Assembly (NCBI GenBank): GCA_902496265.1
Contig: CABVAD010000001.1
Location: 1-24,495, forward strand
Direction of reading: 5' to 3'
From: an uncultured Oscillospiraceae bacterium
Lineage (GTDB): Bacteria > Bacillota > Clostridia > Oscillospirales > Acutalibacteraceae
Length of the DNA: 24,495 nucleotides
Shown: piece after piece, positions 1 through 7,022 of the stretch
Numbering within the stretch: position 1 is the first letter of the stretch
How the letters are laid out: the number at the start of each line of letters is the position of its first letter
The notes under the pieces: model-generated
The model's input: the letters and a program-made list of their open reading frames with translations, nothing else
Database searches by the model: none
What the model was told of the DNA's origin: nothing
Made by a program: the position numbers and the translations under genes

Positions 1-20
1 GTCAAGCAAATTTTTATAAA

Positions 21-50
21 ATAAAAAATTCGCCCATTTACGGGCGAATT
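21..50 (-). terminator. Rho-independent terminator of the znu-glycosylase operon
   Basis: Perfect 9-bp stem AATTCGCCC (27-35) / GGGCGAATT (42-50), 6-nt loop containing the stop codon, followed on the - strand by a T-run. Confidence 0.75.
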
Positions 51-532
51 GTATATTCCTTTATAATTTTCCATTCCTCGCAGAGCCTTTCAATACTCCA
101 CGAAGCGTTAGCCGGACTTGTTGACGGAAGACAAACCGATTTTTTGCCGATTAGCTGCTCGGTATAGCGGATATAATACTTTTCCGCCGTCCTGCCGTTT
201 ACGAAAATTGCCTTTATATCGCTGTCGGCTAAAATTTTACTTATATCATTCGGAATAACATTTTTGATGCTCGAATCAGACGAGCCTGTTATCTCGCACT
301 CGGCGATAACGTCCCAAAGCGCCAAGCGGTTATTTAAAATAAGGCGTTTTTTATCCTCTATATTGATCGGCACTTCGCTTTCAAAAATATCGGCCAAAAC
401 CCGCCAAAACCTGTTTTGCGGGTGACCGTAGAAAAACGCCTGCTCTCTTGATTTTACCGACGGAAAGCTGCCTAAAATAAGCACCCGAGAGTCTTTATTA
501 TAAAGGGGAGGTATGGTGTGAAGCTTTTTCAT
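38..532 (-). CDS. DNA-deoxyinosine (hypoxanthine) glycosylase, uracil-DNA glycosylase superfamily (family 6-like)
   Basis: Motifs LILGSFPS, YGHPQNRFW, LWDV, GSSDSSI and LPSTSPAN; start directly abuts the znuB stop. Confidence 0.85.
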   Translation of the reverse strand: MKKLHTIPPLYNKDSRVLILGSFPSVKSREQAFFYGHPQNRFWRVLADIFESEVPINIEDKKRLILNNRLALWDVIAECEITGSSDSSIKNVIPNDISKILADSDIKAIFVNGRTAEKYYIRYTEQLIGKKSVCLPSTSPANASWSIERLCEEWKIIKEYTIRP

Positions 533-1378
533 TTATCTACCTCTCACCGCGCCTATCATACTGCAAAGTAAGAACGCAAGCATATCCGCCGCAACCACGG
601 TTGAGCCGACGGGCGTTCCCGCGAGGATTGAAAAAAGTATTCCCGCGGCGGCGCAGAAAACCGAAATAATCCCCGAAAAAATCACGACGGGGCGGAAGCT
701 TTTAAAGAGTCTCATTGCCGACAGCGCGGGGAAAATCACCAGCGCCGAGATAAGCAGAGAGCCTACCAAATTCATCGCAAGCACTATAATAACCGCCGTG
801 ACAACCGCTATCAGCAGGTTATATGTTCCCGCCCTTACGCCTGTCGCCCGCGCAAAGCCTTCGTCAAATGTGACGGCAAAAATCTTGTTATAAAAGAGGA
901 TAAATATGACCGTCACAACCGCCGACAGCGCCGCGCAGAGACAAACCTCGCCCTTAGAGAGGGTGAGAATGGAGGTCGAGCCGAAAAGGGTGCTGCAAAC
1001 GTCCCCCGAAACATTGGAGGAGGTTGAAAACACATTCATAACAAGGTAGCCGATAGCTAATGCCCCGACCGAAATCATAGCAATCGCGGCGTCCCCTTTG
1101 ATTTTCGCGTTTTTACCCGTTTTAAGGAGCAGTACCGCGCTTATAACCGTGACGGGAAGCACTATCAGCATATTGTTTGAAATACCTAAGGCGGAGGCTA
1201 TCGCCAACGCACCGAAGGCAACGTGGGAAAGCCCGTCCCCGATAAAGGAAAACCGCTTTAATACCAGCGTCACCCCAAGCAGCGAGGAGCAAAGGGCGAT
1301 AAGCACACCCGCTATCATAGCGTAGCGGACAAAGGGGTATTCAAAATAATGGGCGATTTCCGCAAATATTCCGCTCAT
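533..1378 (-). CDS. znuB: Zn/Mn ABC transporter permease (ABC-3 family)
   Basis: Very hydrophobic; GDGLSHVAFG, LFGS, FDEGFARATG and VGSLLISAL motifs; 4-bp overlap with the ATPase gene. Confidence 0.88.
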   Translation of the reverse strand: MSGIFAEIAHYFEYPFVRYAMIAGVLIALCSSLLGVTLVLKRFSFIGDGLSHVAFGALAIASALGISNNMLIVLPVTVISAVLLLKTGKNAKIKGDAAIAMISVGALAIGYLVMNVFSTSSNVSGDVCSTLFGSTSILTLSKGEVCLCAALSAVVTVIFILFYNKIFAVTFDEGFARATGVRAGTYNLLIAVVTAVIIVLAMNLVGSLLISALVIFPALSAMRLFKSFRPVVIFSGIISVFCAAAGILFSILAGTPVGSTVVAADMLAFLLCSMIGAVRGR

Positions 1379-2058
1379 ATACCGCTTTCCTCCCTGTATT
1401 TCAGATATTCTGCCTTAGTGCCGAAGAAAACGTCCTTGCCTATCTGCAAAATATGGGTCGAGTATTTGAGCGCCGCATTCATATCGTGGGAAATCATAAT
1501 TACGGTTATGCCATCTTTGTTAAGGGCTTCGATTGCGGAGTACATCTCCTCCGTAACAGAGGGGTCAAGCCCCGAAACAGGCTCGTCCAGTAACAGCATT
1601 TTGGCGGTGGCGCACAGCGCGCGGGCAAGCAATACCCTTTGCTGCTGACCGCCCGAAAGCTCGCGGTAGCAACGCTTAGAAAGATCCGATATACCCATTT
1701 TTTTAAGGTTTTCCCGAGCCTTGTCCTTTTGCTCTTTGGAATAAAAGGGCATAAGACCGCTGTGACCTAAATTTCCCGACAGCACAATTTCCCATACAGA
1801 GGCGGGGAAATCGCGCTGTACCTCGGTCTGCTGTGGCAGATAACCGATTTCCGACGGCTTTAAGCCGTCCCCCGTTTCGATTTTCCCCGAAATCGGGGAA
1901 TTAAGGTGCAAAATTGTCTTCATAAGGGTGGTTTTGCCCGAGCCGTTCTCCCCGACTATGCAAAGGTAATCCCCGCTGTTTACCGTGAAATTGAGGTTAT
2001 CTACAACCGTTTTGCCCTCATAGCCGAGCTTTAAATTATAAGCTGTAAGAAGCGACAT
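1375..2058 (-). CDS. znuC: Zn/Mn ABC transporter ATP-binding protein
   Basis: Walker A GENGSGKT, GYLPQ, signature LSGGQQQR, Walker B LLLDEP, ISHD switch. Confidence 0.9.
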   Translation of the reverse strand: MSLLTAYNLKLGYEGKTVVDNLNFTVNSGDYLCIVGENGSGKTTLMKTILHLNSPISGKIETGDGLKPSEIGYLPQQTEVQRDFPASVWEIVLSGNLGHSGLMPFYSKEQKDKARENLKKMGISDLSKRCYRELSGGQQQRVLLARALCATAKMLLLDEPVSGLDPSVTEEMYSAIEALNKDGITVIMISHDMNAALKYSTHILQIGKDVFFGTKAEYLKYREESGI

Positions 2059-2059
2059 A

Positions 2060-3031
2060 CTATTCTCCTAATGCCTTTTTAATCGTTTCAAGATTTTTTT
2101 CCATAACCGAAAGGTAGGTAGTTCCCTTCTTTGCGTCCTTAATACCTACCGACTGCATACTGTCAAGCACCAGTATTTCCTGATTTTTTTCTTTGGTGTT
2201 GGCAATCACCGTCTCGGCGATTTTTGTCGCCGCAGTCTCGGTTTTAATTATATATTTTAGCCCTAATTCATCGGTTTTAGCGCTTAAAAACGCCACGGTC
2301 TCAAAGCTCGCCTCGGTTTCGGCGGAACACCCCGGGAACGCCGCATAATACGAAAGCCCGTAATCCTCGGTTAAATATCTGAAGGGAAAACGGTCGGCAA
2401 AAAGCAGGGTTTTGTTTTTTGCTTCGCTTACCGCCTTTTGGTATCCGCCGTCAAGGTCGGTTAGCTTTTCGGTGTAATTTCGGGCATTTTCCTTATAAAA
2501 TTCGGCGTTTTTGGAGTCTTTTTCCGCTAAAGCGTCGGCAATAGAGTTCGTAAAAAGCAAGGCGTTTTTAAGGGAAAGCCAAACGTGCTCGTCGTACTCC
2601 GTTTCCTCTTCCCCGTGTCCGTGCCGCTCCTCCTGCATACCCTCGGTATGCTCCTCTTCCTTTAAGGAGCCGCCCAAAAGGGCGGTTAAATTAACAAGTG
2701 TGCGTTTTTCGTTTCGGTACTGCTTTGCAGCCTCGTCCACCCATTTATCCGACTCGCCGCCGATATATATAAGAATATCGCACTCGGCTATTTTAACCAT
2801 ATCCGCCGCCGAGGGCTGAAAGCTGTGCATATCTGTGCCGCCCTCGGTAAGCCATATTATTTCCGCTTTGTCTGACGCTATTTCCCTTGTCCAGTCGTAA
2901 ATCGGGAAAACCGTGCAGACAACCTTGATTTTTCCGCTTTCCGACGGCTTTACATCAGCACAGGCGGAAAAGCAGAGCAAAATTAAAACCGCCGCGATAA
3001 TCGGCGAAATGCATTTAATTATTTTATTCAC
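2060..3031 (-). CDS. znuA: Zn ABC transporter substrate-binding lipoprotein (ZnuA/AdcA family)
   Basis: Lipobox FSAC, DMHSFQPS and DEHVWLS motifs, His/Glu-rich loop. Start reassigned to GTG 3031 (alternative ATG 3049) because the promoter lies at 3078-3106, inside the longer computed ORF. Confidence 0.85.
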   Translation of the reverse strand: MNKIIKCISPIIAAVLILLCFSACADVKPSESGKIKVVCTVFPIYDWTREIASDKAEIIWLTEGGTDMHSFQPSAADMVKIAECDILIYIGGESDKWVDEAAKQYRNEKRTLVNLTALLGGSLKEEEHTEGMQEERHGHGEEETEYDEHVWLSLKNALLFTNSIADALAEKDSKNAEFYKENARNYTEKLTDLDGGYQKAVSEAKNKTLLFADRFPFRYLTEDYGLSYYAAFPGCSAETEASFETVAFLSAKTDELGLKYIIKTETAATKIAETVIANTKEKNQEILVLDSMQSVGIKDAKKGTTYLSVMEKNLETIKKALGE

Positions 3032-3054
3032 GGTAATTTTTCCAATCATTTTCA

Positions 3055-3077
3055 AATTTGCAACTCGTTCGCAAATT
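3055..3077. promoter_or_regulatory. Palindromic operator at the znu transcription start (putative Zur/Fur-family box)
   Basis: AATTTGC-AACTCGTTC-GCAAATT, perfect 7-bp arms, immediately downstream of the -10 of a Zn-uptake operon. Regulator identity is inferred. Confidence 0.65.
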
Positions 3078-3106
3078 AGTATACCCCAATTTCCTACGTT
3101 TGTCAA
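3078..3106 (-). promoter_or_regulatory. Sigma-A promoter of the znu operon
   Basis: On the - strand, TTGACA (3106-3101), 17 bp, TATACT (3083-3078). Confidence 0.8.
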
Positions 3107-3113
3107 TCGACAG

Positions 3114-3142
3114 TTGCAAAATCCGTAAGATACTGTTATAAT
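3114..3142 (+). promoter_or_regulatory. Sigma-A promoter of the toxin mRNA
   Basis: TTGCAA (3114-3119), 17 bp, TATAAT (3137-3142), with extended -10 TG at 3134-3135. Confidence 0.75.
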
Positions 3143-3211
3143 ATACCCGTGTAAAGTGGACCTTAAACGGTAGGCGGTAAAACTCTTGCCCCTCAAGAGG
3201 GGGTGGTGCTT

Positions 3212-3298
3212 ATGGTTACATACAACGACCTGTTTCTTTTAGGAACGCTCATTGTTGCAATTATCGCACTTGTTATGCAAATAACAAAAAAGAAATAG
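3212..3298 (+). CDS. Putative type I toxin (holin-like toxin-type peptide), 28 aa: MVTYNDLFLLGTLIVAIIALVMQITKKK
   Basis: Not in the ORF track. G-rich RBS AGAGGGGGTGG upstream, one hydrophobic helix, C-terminal KKK, own promoter and convergent antisense promoter. Confidence 0.8.
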   Translation: MVTYNDLFLLGTLIVAIIALVMQITKKK

Positions 3299-3377
3299 CC
3301 GCCCAGCGTCCAAACTCAGCGGCTAAATCTTTTTTAGTTCTTAGTTAGGGGCTAACCGTCTATCGGTTTGCCTTACA
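3283..3377 (-). ncRNA. Putative cis-antisense antitoxin RNA (about 90-95 nt; ends approximate)
   Basis: Perfect promoter at 3383-3411; 5' hairpin GGCAAACCG-AUAGA-CGGUUAGCC; 3' stem UAGCCGC/GCGGCUA followed by UUUCUUUUUU; overlaps the toxin stop and 3' UTR; no ORF. Confidence 0.7.
3286..3335. terminator. Hairpin shared by toxin and antitoxin transcripts (potentially bidirectional terminator)
   Basis: AAAAAAGA-aa-TAGCCGC (3296-3302) ... GCGGCTA (3319-3325)-aa-TCTTTTTT; T-tracts on both strands. Confidence 0.7.
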
Positions 3378-3382
3378 CACTT

Positions 3383-3411
3383 ATTATAGCGTAATATTTA
3401 AAAAATGTCAA
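3383..3411 (-). promoter_or_regulatory. Consensus sigma-A promoter of the antisense RNA
   Basis: On the - strand, TTGACA (3411-3406), 17 bp, TATAAT (3388-3383); points into the toxin 3' end. Confidence 0.8.
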
Positions 3412-3430
3412 GTGACAGAAGGGAACCTAC

Positions 3431-4228
3431 GTGAAGAATTTAATCGTAAACATCTATAAAACGCTTTTCTTTTTCGATTTGGCTATAGTCATCGCCTATT
3501 ATATACCCGATATAAAAACCGAAAGCCCCGCCCTTTTAACCCTTTGGCGCGAGGGGGTATTTTTTGCGGTTACGCTTGCGTTCACCCTGTTTTTTATAAG
3601 GGCGGTCGAAAAAAACAAGCTTCGGGTGTTCAACTTTAAAAACAAGCTCAGGCATTATTCGCTGGGGCTTATCACCGCAGTAATCCCTTTGGGCATTACC
3701 GTTTTAATTCTTTGGCTGTTAAAGTCGCTTAAGCTTAACGGGGCGGAGAAAACAGGCGGAATAGCGTTTTGGCTTATCGCGCTTTTGTTTGAAGCCGCCG
3801 CAAACGAGCTGTTGCTCAGAGGTTACCTTTTTAAGCTTTACAGAAAATATTACAGCCTGCCTGTTGTAACAGCGGTTGTTACCCTGCTTTTTATCTCGCT
3901 TAACATAAGCGTTTTCTCGCACGGGGTAATTTACGCCGTTAATATGATCCTTACAAACGTTATCCTCTGTCTCTTAGCCGAGTATTCCTACTCGATTTTA
4001 GCGCCGATAACCGCCCGATTCTTCTATAACGTGGTAAGCGGATTTCTGCTCGGCAGTCTGACCGTTTCGGCGGAATACCCCGCGCTTATAAACACCCTTT
4101 GGAGCGGAAACAAATACCTCTCGGGGGGAGATATGAAGCTTGAGGGCAGCGTAATTCTGCTTGCGGCGAATATCGCGCTTTGCGCCTTCTTTATTTTAAG
4201 GCTTAAAAGGCGTAAAAAAACTATTTAA
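3431..4228 (+). CDS. CPBP/Abi (CAAX protease-like) family membrane protein with degenerate catalytic motifs
   Basis: Multi-pass membrane protein; NELLLRG, FISLN and RFFYN at the positions of EExxxR, FxxxH and HxxxN; C-terminal LSGGxxxxEGS typical of a CPBP subgroup. Confidence 0.75.
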   Translation: MKNLIVNIYKTLFFFDLAIVIAYYIPDIKTESPALLTLWREGVFFAVTLAFTLFFIRAVEKNKLRVFNFKNKLRHYSLGLITAVIPLGITVLILWLLKSLKLNGAEKTGGIAFWLIALLFEAAANELLLRGYLFKLYRKYYSLPVVTAVVTLLFISLNISVFSHGVIYAVNMILTNVILCLLAEYSYSILAPITARFFYNVVSGFLLGSLTVSAEYPALINTLWSGNKYLSGGDMKLEGSVILLAANIALCAFFILRLKRRKKTI

Positions 4229-5555
4229 ATGTGATTTCACAGCCTATCGCCTGCTGACATTCGGTAAGTCCCGCGGCTACGATAGCTTTGGTTCTCTCAA
4301 AGGATTTCGCGGCTTTTGCCGCGGCGGCGGAGTCGAGCGAGTATTTTGCGCTCCCGTCCTCGGCGTTTTCGAGGGGGTAGACCGTGTAAAGGTAGCCGCT
4401 CCCGCCCTTATATTTGTTCACCCAGGTCGGTATAAGGTCAAGACTGTTTAAGGTGACGCCGTCCTTGTCCTTTTTAAGGGTAAAGCTGAACAGCACACCG
4501 TCCTCGGTGTGGCCTGTCGGACAGCTGTCCATAATCTCCTGACGCTGGTTTGAAACGCAGTTGCCCATAGAGTAAATACATACTGTGGTGCTTTCGCCGT
4601 CGTCCGAACGGATAAGCTCCACAGGCTCAATAACGTGCGGATGGCTTCCGATTATCATATTAACCCCGAGGTTTGAAAGCTTTTGAGCGATTGTTTTCTG
4701 CCATGTATCGGAGCTTAATTTATATTCGTTTCCCCAATGCATATAGAAAACGATATAATCCGCGCCGCCCGACTTCATCTCGCTTATAATATTGGCTGCG
4801 TCCGCATAAAACTCGTCTATTCGGTTGTAGGAAAAGCTGTTTATCAAATCGTTGGCTTCTTTCGCTATTATCGCGCCGTTAAGGTACTTTCTGCCCGCGG
4901 TCTGACCCGAAGTTTCATAGGTGAAATTCGCAAAGCCTATCTTAATTCCGTTAATTTCCTTTACGGCATAGGCGGGGTCGTCGGTGGTTTCCCTTGTGCC
5001 GATAAATTCAATGCCCCGTTGCTTTAAGACCTGTGCGGTGCGCTTTAAACCGTAAAGCCCCGTATCATAGGCGTGGTTGTTGGCGGTAATAAGGAAATTA
5101 AGCCCCGAGGACTTAATTGCGTCTGCAAGGCTGTCGGGCGTGTTGAAGACGGGATAGCCGCTGTACTGCCCCGATTCGGTTCCGCCGAAGGTGACCTCAA
5201 GGTTTGCGACCGCTAAATCCGCCGCCTTGAAATAGGGCTCGGTCTCCTTGAAGAAGGCGCCGAAATCATACTCGCCGGAGGAGGTTTTAGCCCCTGTAAG
5301 CTGGGTTGAATGTACCATAATATCGCCCGTGCTTATCACGGTGGCGTAGGTTTCGGGTACGGCTTCGCTTGAAACGGCGGAGGAGCTGTCCTTGTTGTCT
5401 GAGGGCTTGTCCGTATCCTTATTTGAGCCCTTAAGCAGGGCGTTTACCGAAAAGGCTATAAGCGCTATCACAGCGACCAGCACCGCCGCGGAGCAGGTTA
5501 AAAAAATTCTTCTTTTGATTATCGCCTTTTGTCTTTTTGTTCTTTTTTTCGACAT
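4221..5555 (-). CDS. CapA family (PGA_cap) membrane-anchored metallophosphatase-like protein
   Basis: GDIMVH, NLE, NNHAYD, MHWG, GSHPH and YSMGN motifs; basic N-terminus, one TM helix, S/D/K linker. Start moved to ATG 5555 behind RBS AAGGAGG. Confidence 0.85.
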   Translation of the reverse strand: MSKKRTKRQKAIIKRRIFLTCSAAVLVAVIALIAFSVNALLKGSNKDTDKPSDNKDSSSAVSSEAVPETYATVISTGDIMVHSTQLTGAKTSSGEYDFGAFFKETEPYFKAADLAVANLEVTFGGTESGQYSGYPVFNTPDSLADAIKSSGLNFLITANNHAYDTGLYGLKRTAQVLKQRGIEFIGTRETTDDPAYAVKEINGIKIGFANFTYETSGQTAGRKYLNGAIIAKEANDLINSFSYNRIDEFYADAANIISEMKSGGADYIVFYMHWGNEYKLSSDTWQKTIAQKLSNLGVNMIIGSHPHVIEPVELIRSDDGESTTVCIYSMGNCVSNQRQEIMDSCPTGHTEDGVLFSFTLKKDKDGVTLNSLDLIPTWVNKYKGGSGYLYTVYPLENAEDGSAKYSLDSAAAAKAAKSFERTKAIVAAGLTECQQAIGCEITFK

Positions 5556-5566
5556 TTTTGGCCTCC

Positions 5567-6298
5567 TTAAATAAAAAAGCACACAACAAGCGGAATAAGC
5601 ATTGCGGGGATATAGTTCATAACCTTGATTTTTGTAAGCCCCAGCATATTAAGCGCAAGCGCGATTATAAGCAAAGAGCCTATAACCGACATATTTGCAA
5701 TACCTGAGTCGGTAAGCACGGGGGCGATTACCGCCGCCAAAAGGGTTATCGACCCCTCTAAAATTATTACCGGAAAGGCGGAAAGCATTACCCCGATACC
5801 GAGGCTCGAGGTAAACGCCATTGCCGAAACGCAGTCGATTACCGATTTTGAGTAAAGGGTGGAGTTGTCCCCCGAAATGCCGCTGTTTACAGAGCCTACT
5901 ATCGACATAGCGCCCACGCAGAAAAGCAGGGTCGCGGTCACAAAGCCGTCGGCTATTTTTGTGTTGCCACCCTTTTTGTTAAAGCTTTTTTCGAGCCGTT
6001 CGCCAAGGCTGTTCACCCGCCTGTCAAGGTCAATAAGCTCGCCTATGACCGACCCCGCCGCAAGGGACAGAATAATAATTATTATGTTGGTGTTTTCCTC
6101 AAATAGTCCCGTTACGCCTATGTAAATAACACAGAGCGCCATTCCGTTCATAAGGGTTTTGCGAACCCTTTCGGGAATACCCTTTTTAAAGAGCAGTCCC
6201 AAAAGACTGCCGAGTATTACAAGCACAAAATTTACGACCGCGCCGCTTAAAATAACCCGTCCTATCGGAGTGCCCGCCGCGCTGTTTATTAAATCCAT
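5567..6298 (-). CDS. DUF554 (YqgA-like) membrane protein
   Basis: GFVTATLLFCVGAMSIVGS, KSVID and GIGVMLSA motifs; multiple TM helices. Confidence 0.85.
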   Translation of the reverse strand: MDLINSAAGTPIGRVILSGAVVNFVLVILGSLLGLLFKKGIPERVRKTLMNGMALCVIYIGVTGLFEENTNIIIIILSLAAGSVIGELIDLDRRVNSLGERLEKSFNKKGGNTKIADGFVTATLLFCVGAMSIVGSVNSGISGDNSTLYSKSVIDCVSAMAFTSSLGIGVMLSAFPVIILEGSITLLAAVIAPVLTDSGIANMSVIGSLLIIALALNMLGLTKIKVMNYIPAMLIPLVVCFFI

Positions 6299-6315
6299 TT
6301 TAAATCACCACTATT

Positions 6316-6344
6316 ACTATATAACAAACAAGACCTAATTGCAA
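6316..6344 (-). promoter_or_regulatory. Putative sigma-A promoter of DUF554-capA
   Basis: On the - strand, TTGCAA (6344-6339), 17 bp, TATAGT (6321-6316). Confidence 0.5.
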
Positions 6345-6389
6345 CAAAAATCGGCAAATACAGTCGGGGTAATTTTGCACAGAAAATCG

Positions 6390-6526
6390 GTTAGCAAAAG
6401 CTAACGCATCTGCCGTTTTGCCGAAATTGCAAAAAAGAGTTGACAAAACCTGTTATAATGAGTATTATATTATGTGGTTAGCAACAGCTAACCTTAATTT
6501 GCACTTTACAGTTAGCCTTTGCTAAT
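6390..6526. promoter_or_regulatory. Three GTTAGC-N4-GCTAAC palindromes (putative DtxR/MntR-family metal repressor operators)
   Basis: GTTAGCAAAAGCTAAC (6390-6405), GGTTAGCAACAGCTAACC (6476-6493), GTTAGCCTTTGCTAAT (6511-6526), around the feo promoter. Confidence 0.75.
6440..6468 (+). promoter_or_regulatory. Sigma-A promoter of the feo operon
   Basis: TTGACA (6440-6445), 17 bp, TATTAT (6463-6468); an additional TGnTATAAT lies at 6451-6459. Confidence 0.7.
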
Positions 6527-6541
6527 CAAGGAGGAAAATTT

Positions 6542-6769
6542 ATGCCGCTGACATACGCCGCCATCGGCGAGGCGCTTATTATCAAGAAAATAGGAGGCGG
6601 AGACGAGTTGAAAAGACACCTTGAAAGCCTCGGCTTCGCGGTCGGCGGAGAGGTTCGTATCATAAACGTCATAGGCGGAAATATTATCGTAAGCGTAAAA
6701 GAAACGCGGGTTGCGATAAGCCGCGAAACGGCACAGAGGATAATAATTCAGGAGGAGGGAAATAAATGA
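6542..6769 (+). CDS. feoA: Ferrous iron transport protein A
   Basis: 75 aa, HLESLGF and RVAISRETA motifs; RBS AAGGAGG; first gene of the feo operon. Confidence 0.88.
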   Translation: MPLTYAAIGEALIIKKIGGGDELKRHLESLGFAVGGEVRIINVIGGNIIVSVKETRVAISRETAQRIIIQEEGNK

Positions 6770-6987
6770 AAACCTTAAAGCAGGCCGCGGTCGGCGAAAC
6801 CGTAAGGGTCGTAAGGCTTAACGGAGCGGGCGCGGTAAAACGCAGAATTATGGATATGGGAATTACCAAGGGAGCGGAAATACATATCCGCAAAACCGCG
6901 CCCTTGGGCGACCCGATTGAGGTTACCGTGCGCGGATATGAGCTGTCGCTCAGAAAAGCGGACGCCGAAATAATAGAGGTTGAATAA
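6766..6987 (+). CDS. feoA: Ferrous iron transport protein A (second copy)
   Basis: RRIMDMGIT, APLGDPIEV and RGYELSLRK motifs. Confidence 0.93.
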   Translation: MKTLKQAAVGETVRVVRLNGAGAVKRRIMDMGITKGAEIHIRKTAPLGDPIEVTVRGYELSLRKADAEIIEVE

Positions 6988-6991
6988 GCTT

Positions 6992-7012
6992 TGGGGGCGA
7001 CCCCATATTTTT
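6992..7012 (+). terminator. Terminator/attenuator-like hairpin between feoA and feoB
   Basis: TGGGG-GCGA-CCCCA (GNRA loop) followed by TATTTTT. Confidence 0.45.
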
Positions 7013-7022
7013 AGGCTATTAA

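Larger units (their letters stand above)
3101..3418. repeat. 13-bp imperfect direct repeats flanking the toxin-antitoxin cassette
   Basis: TGTCAAtcGACAG (3101-3113) and TGTCAAgtGACAG (3406-3418), 11/13 identical; each is TGTC-N4-GACA. Confidence 0.5.

Noticed and set aside
3050..3196. N-terminal extension of the ZnuA ORF (378-aa version)
   Set aside because: It runs through the operator, the znu promoter and the toxin promoter/leader; the signal peptide only begins near 3031-3049.
3345..3377. GGCAAACC at the antisense RNA 5' end resembling a c-di-GMP-I riboswitch
   Set aside because: The GAAA tetraloop and downstream GCAAAG elements are absent, and no gene lies downstream in that orientation.
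4221..5555. Poly-gamma-glutamate capsule locus
   Set aside because: No capB, capC or capE nearby; lone CapA-family genes are common.
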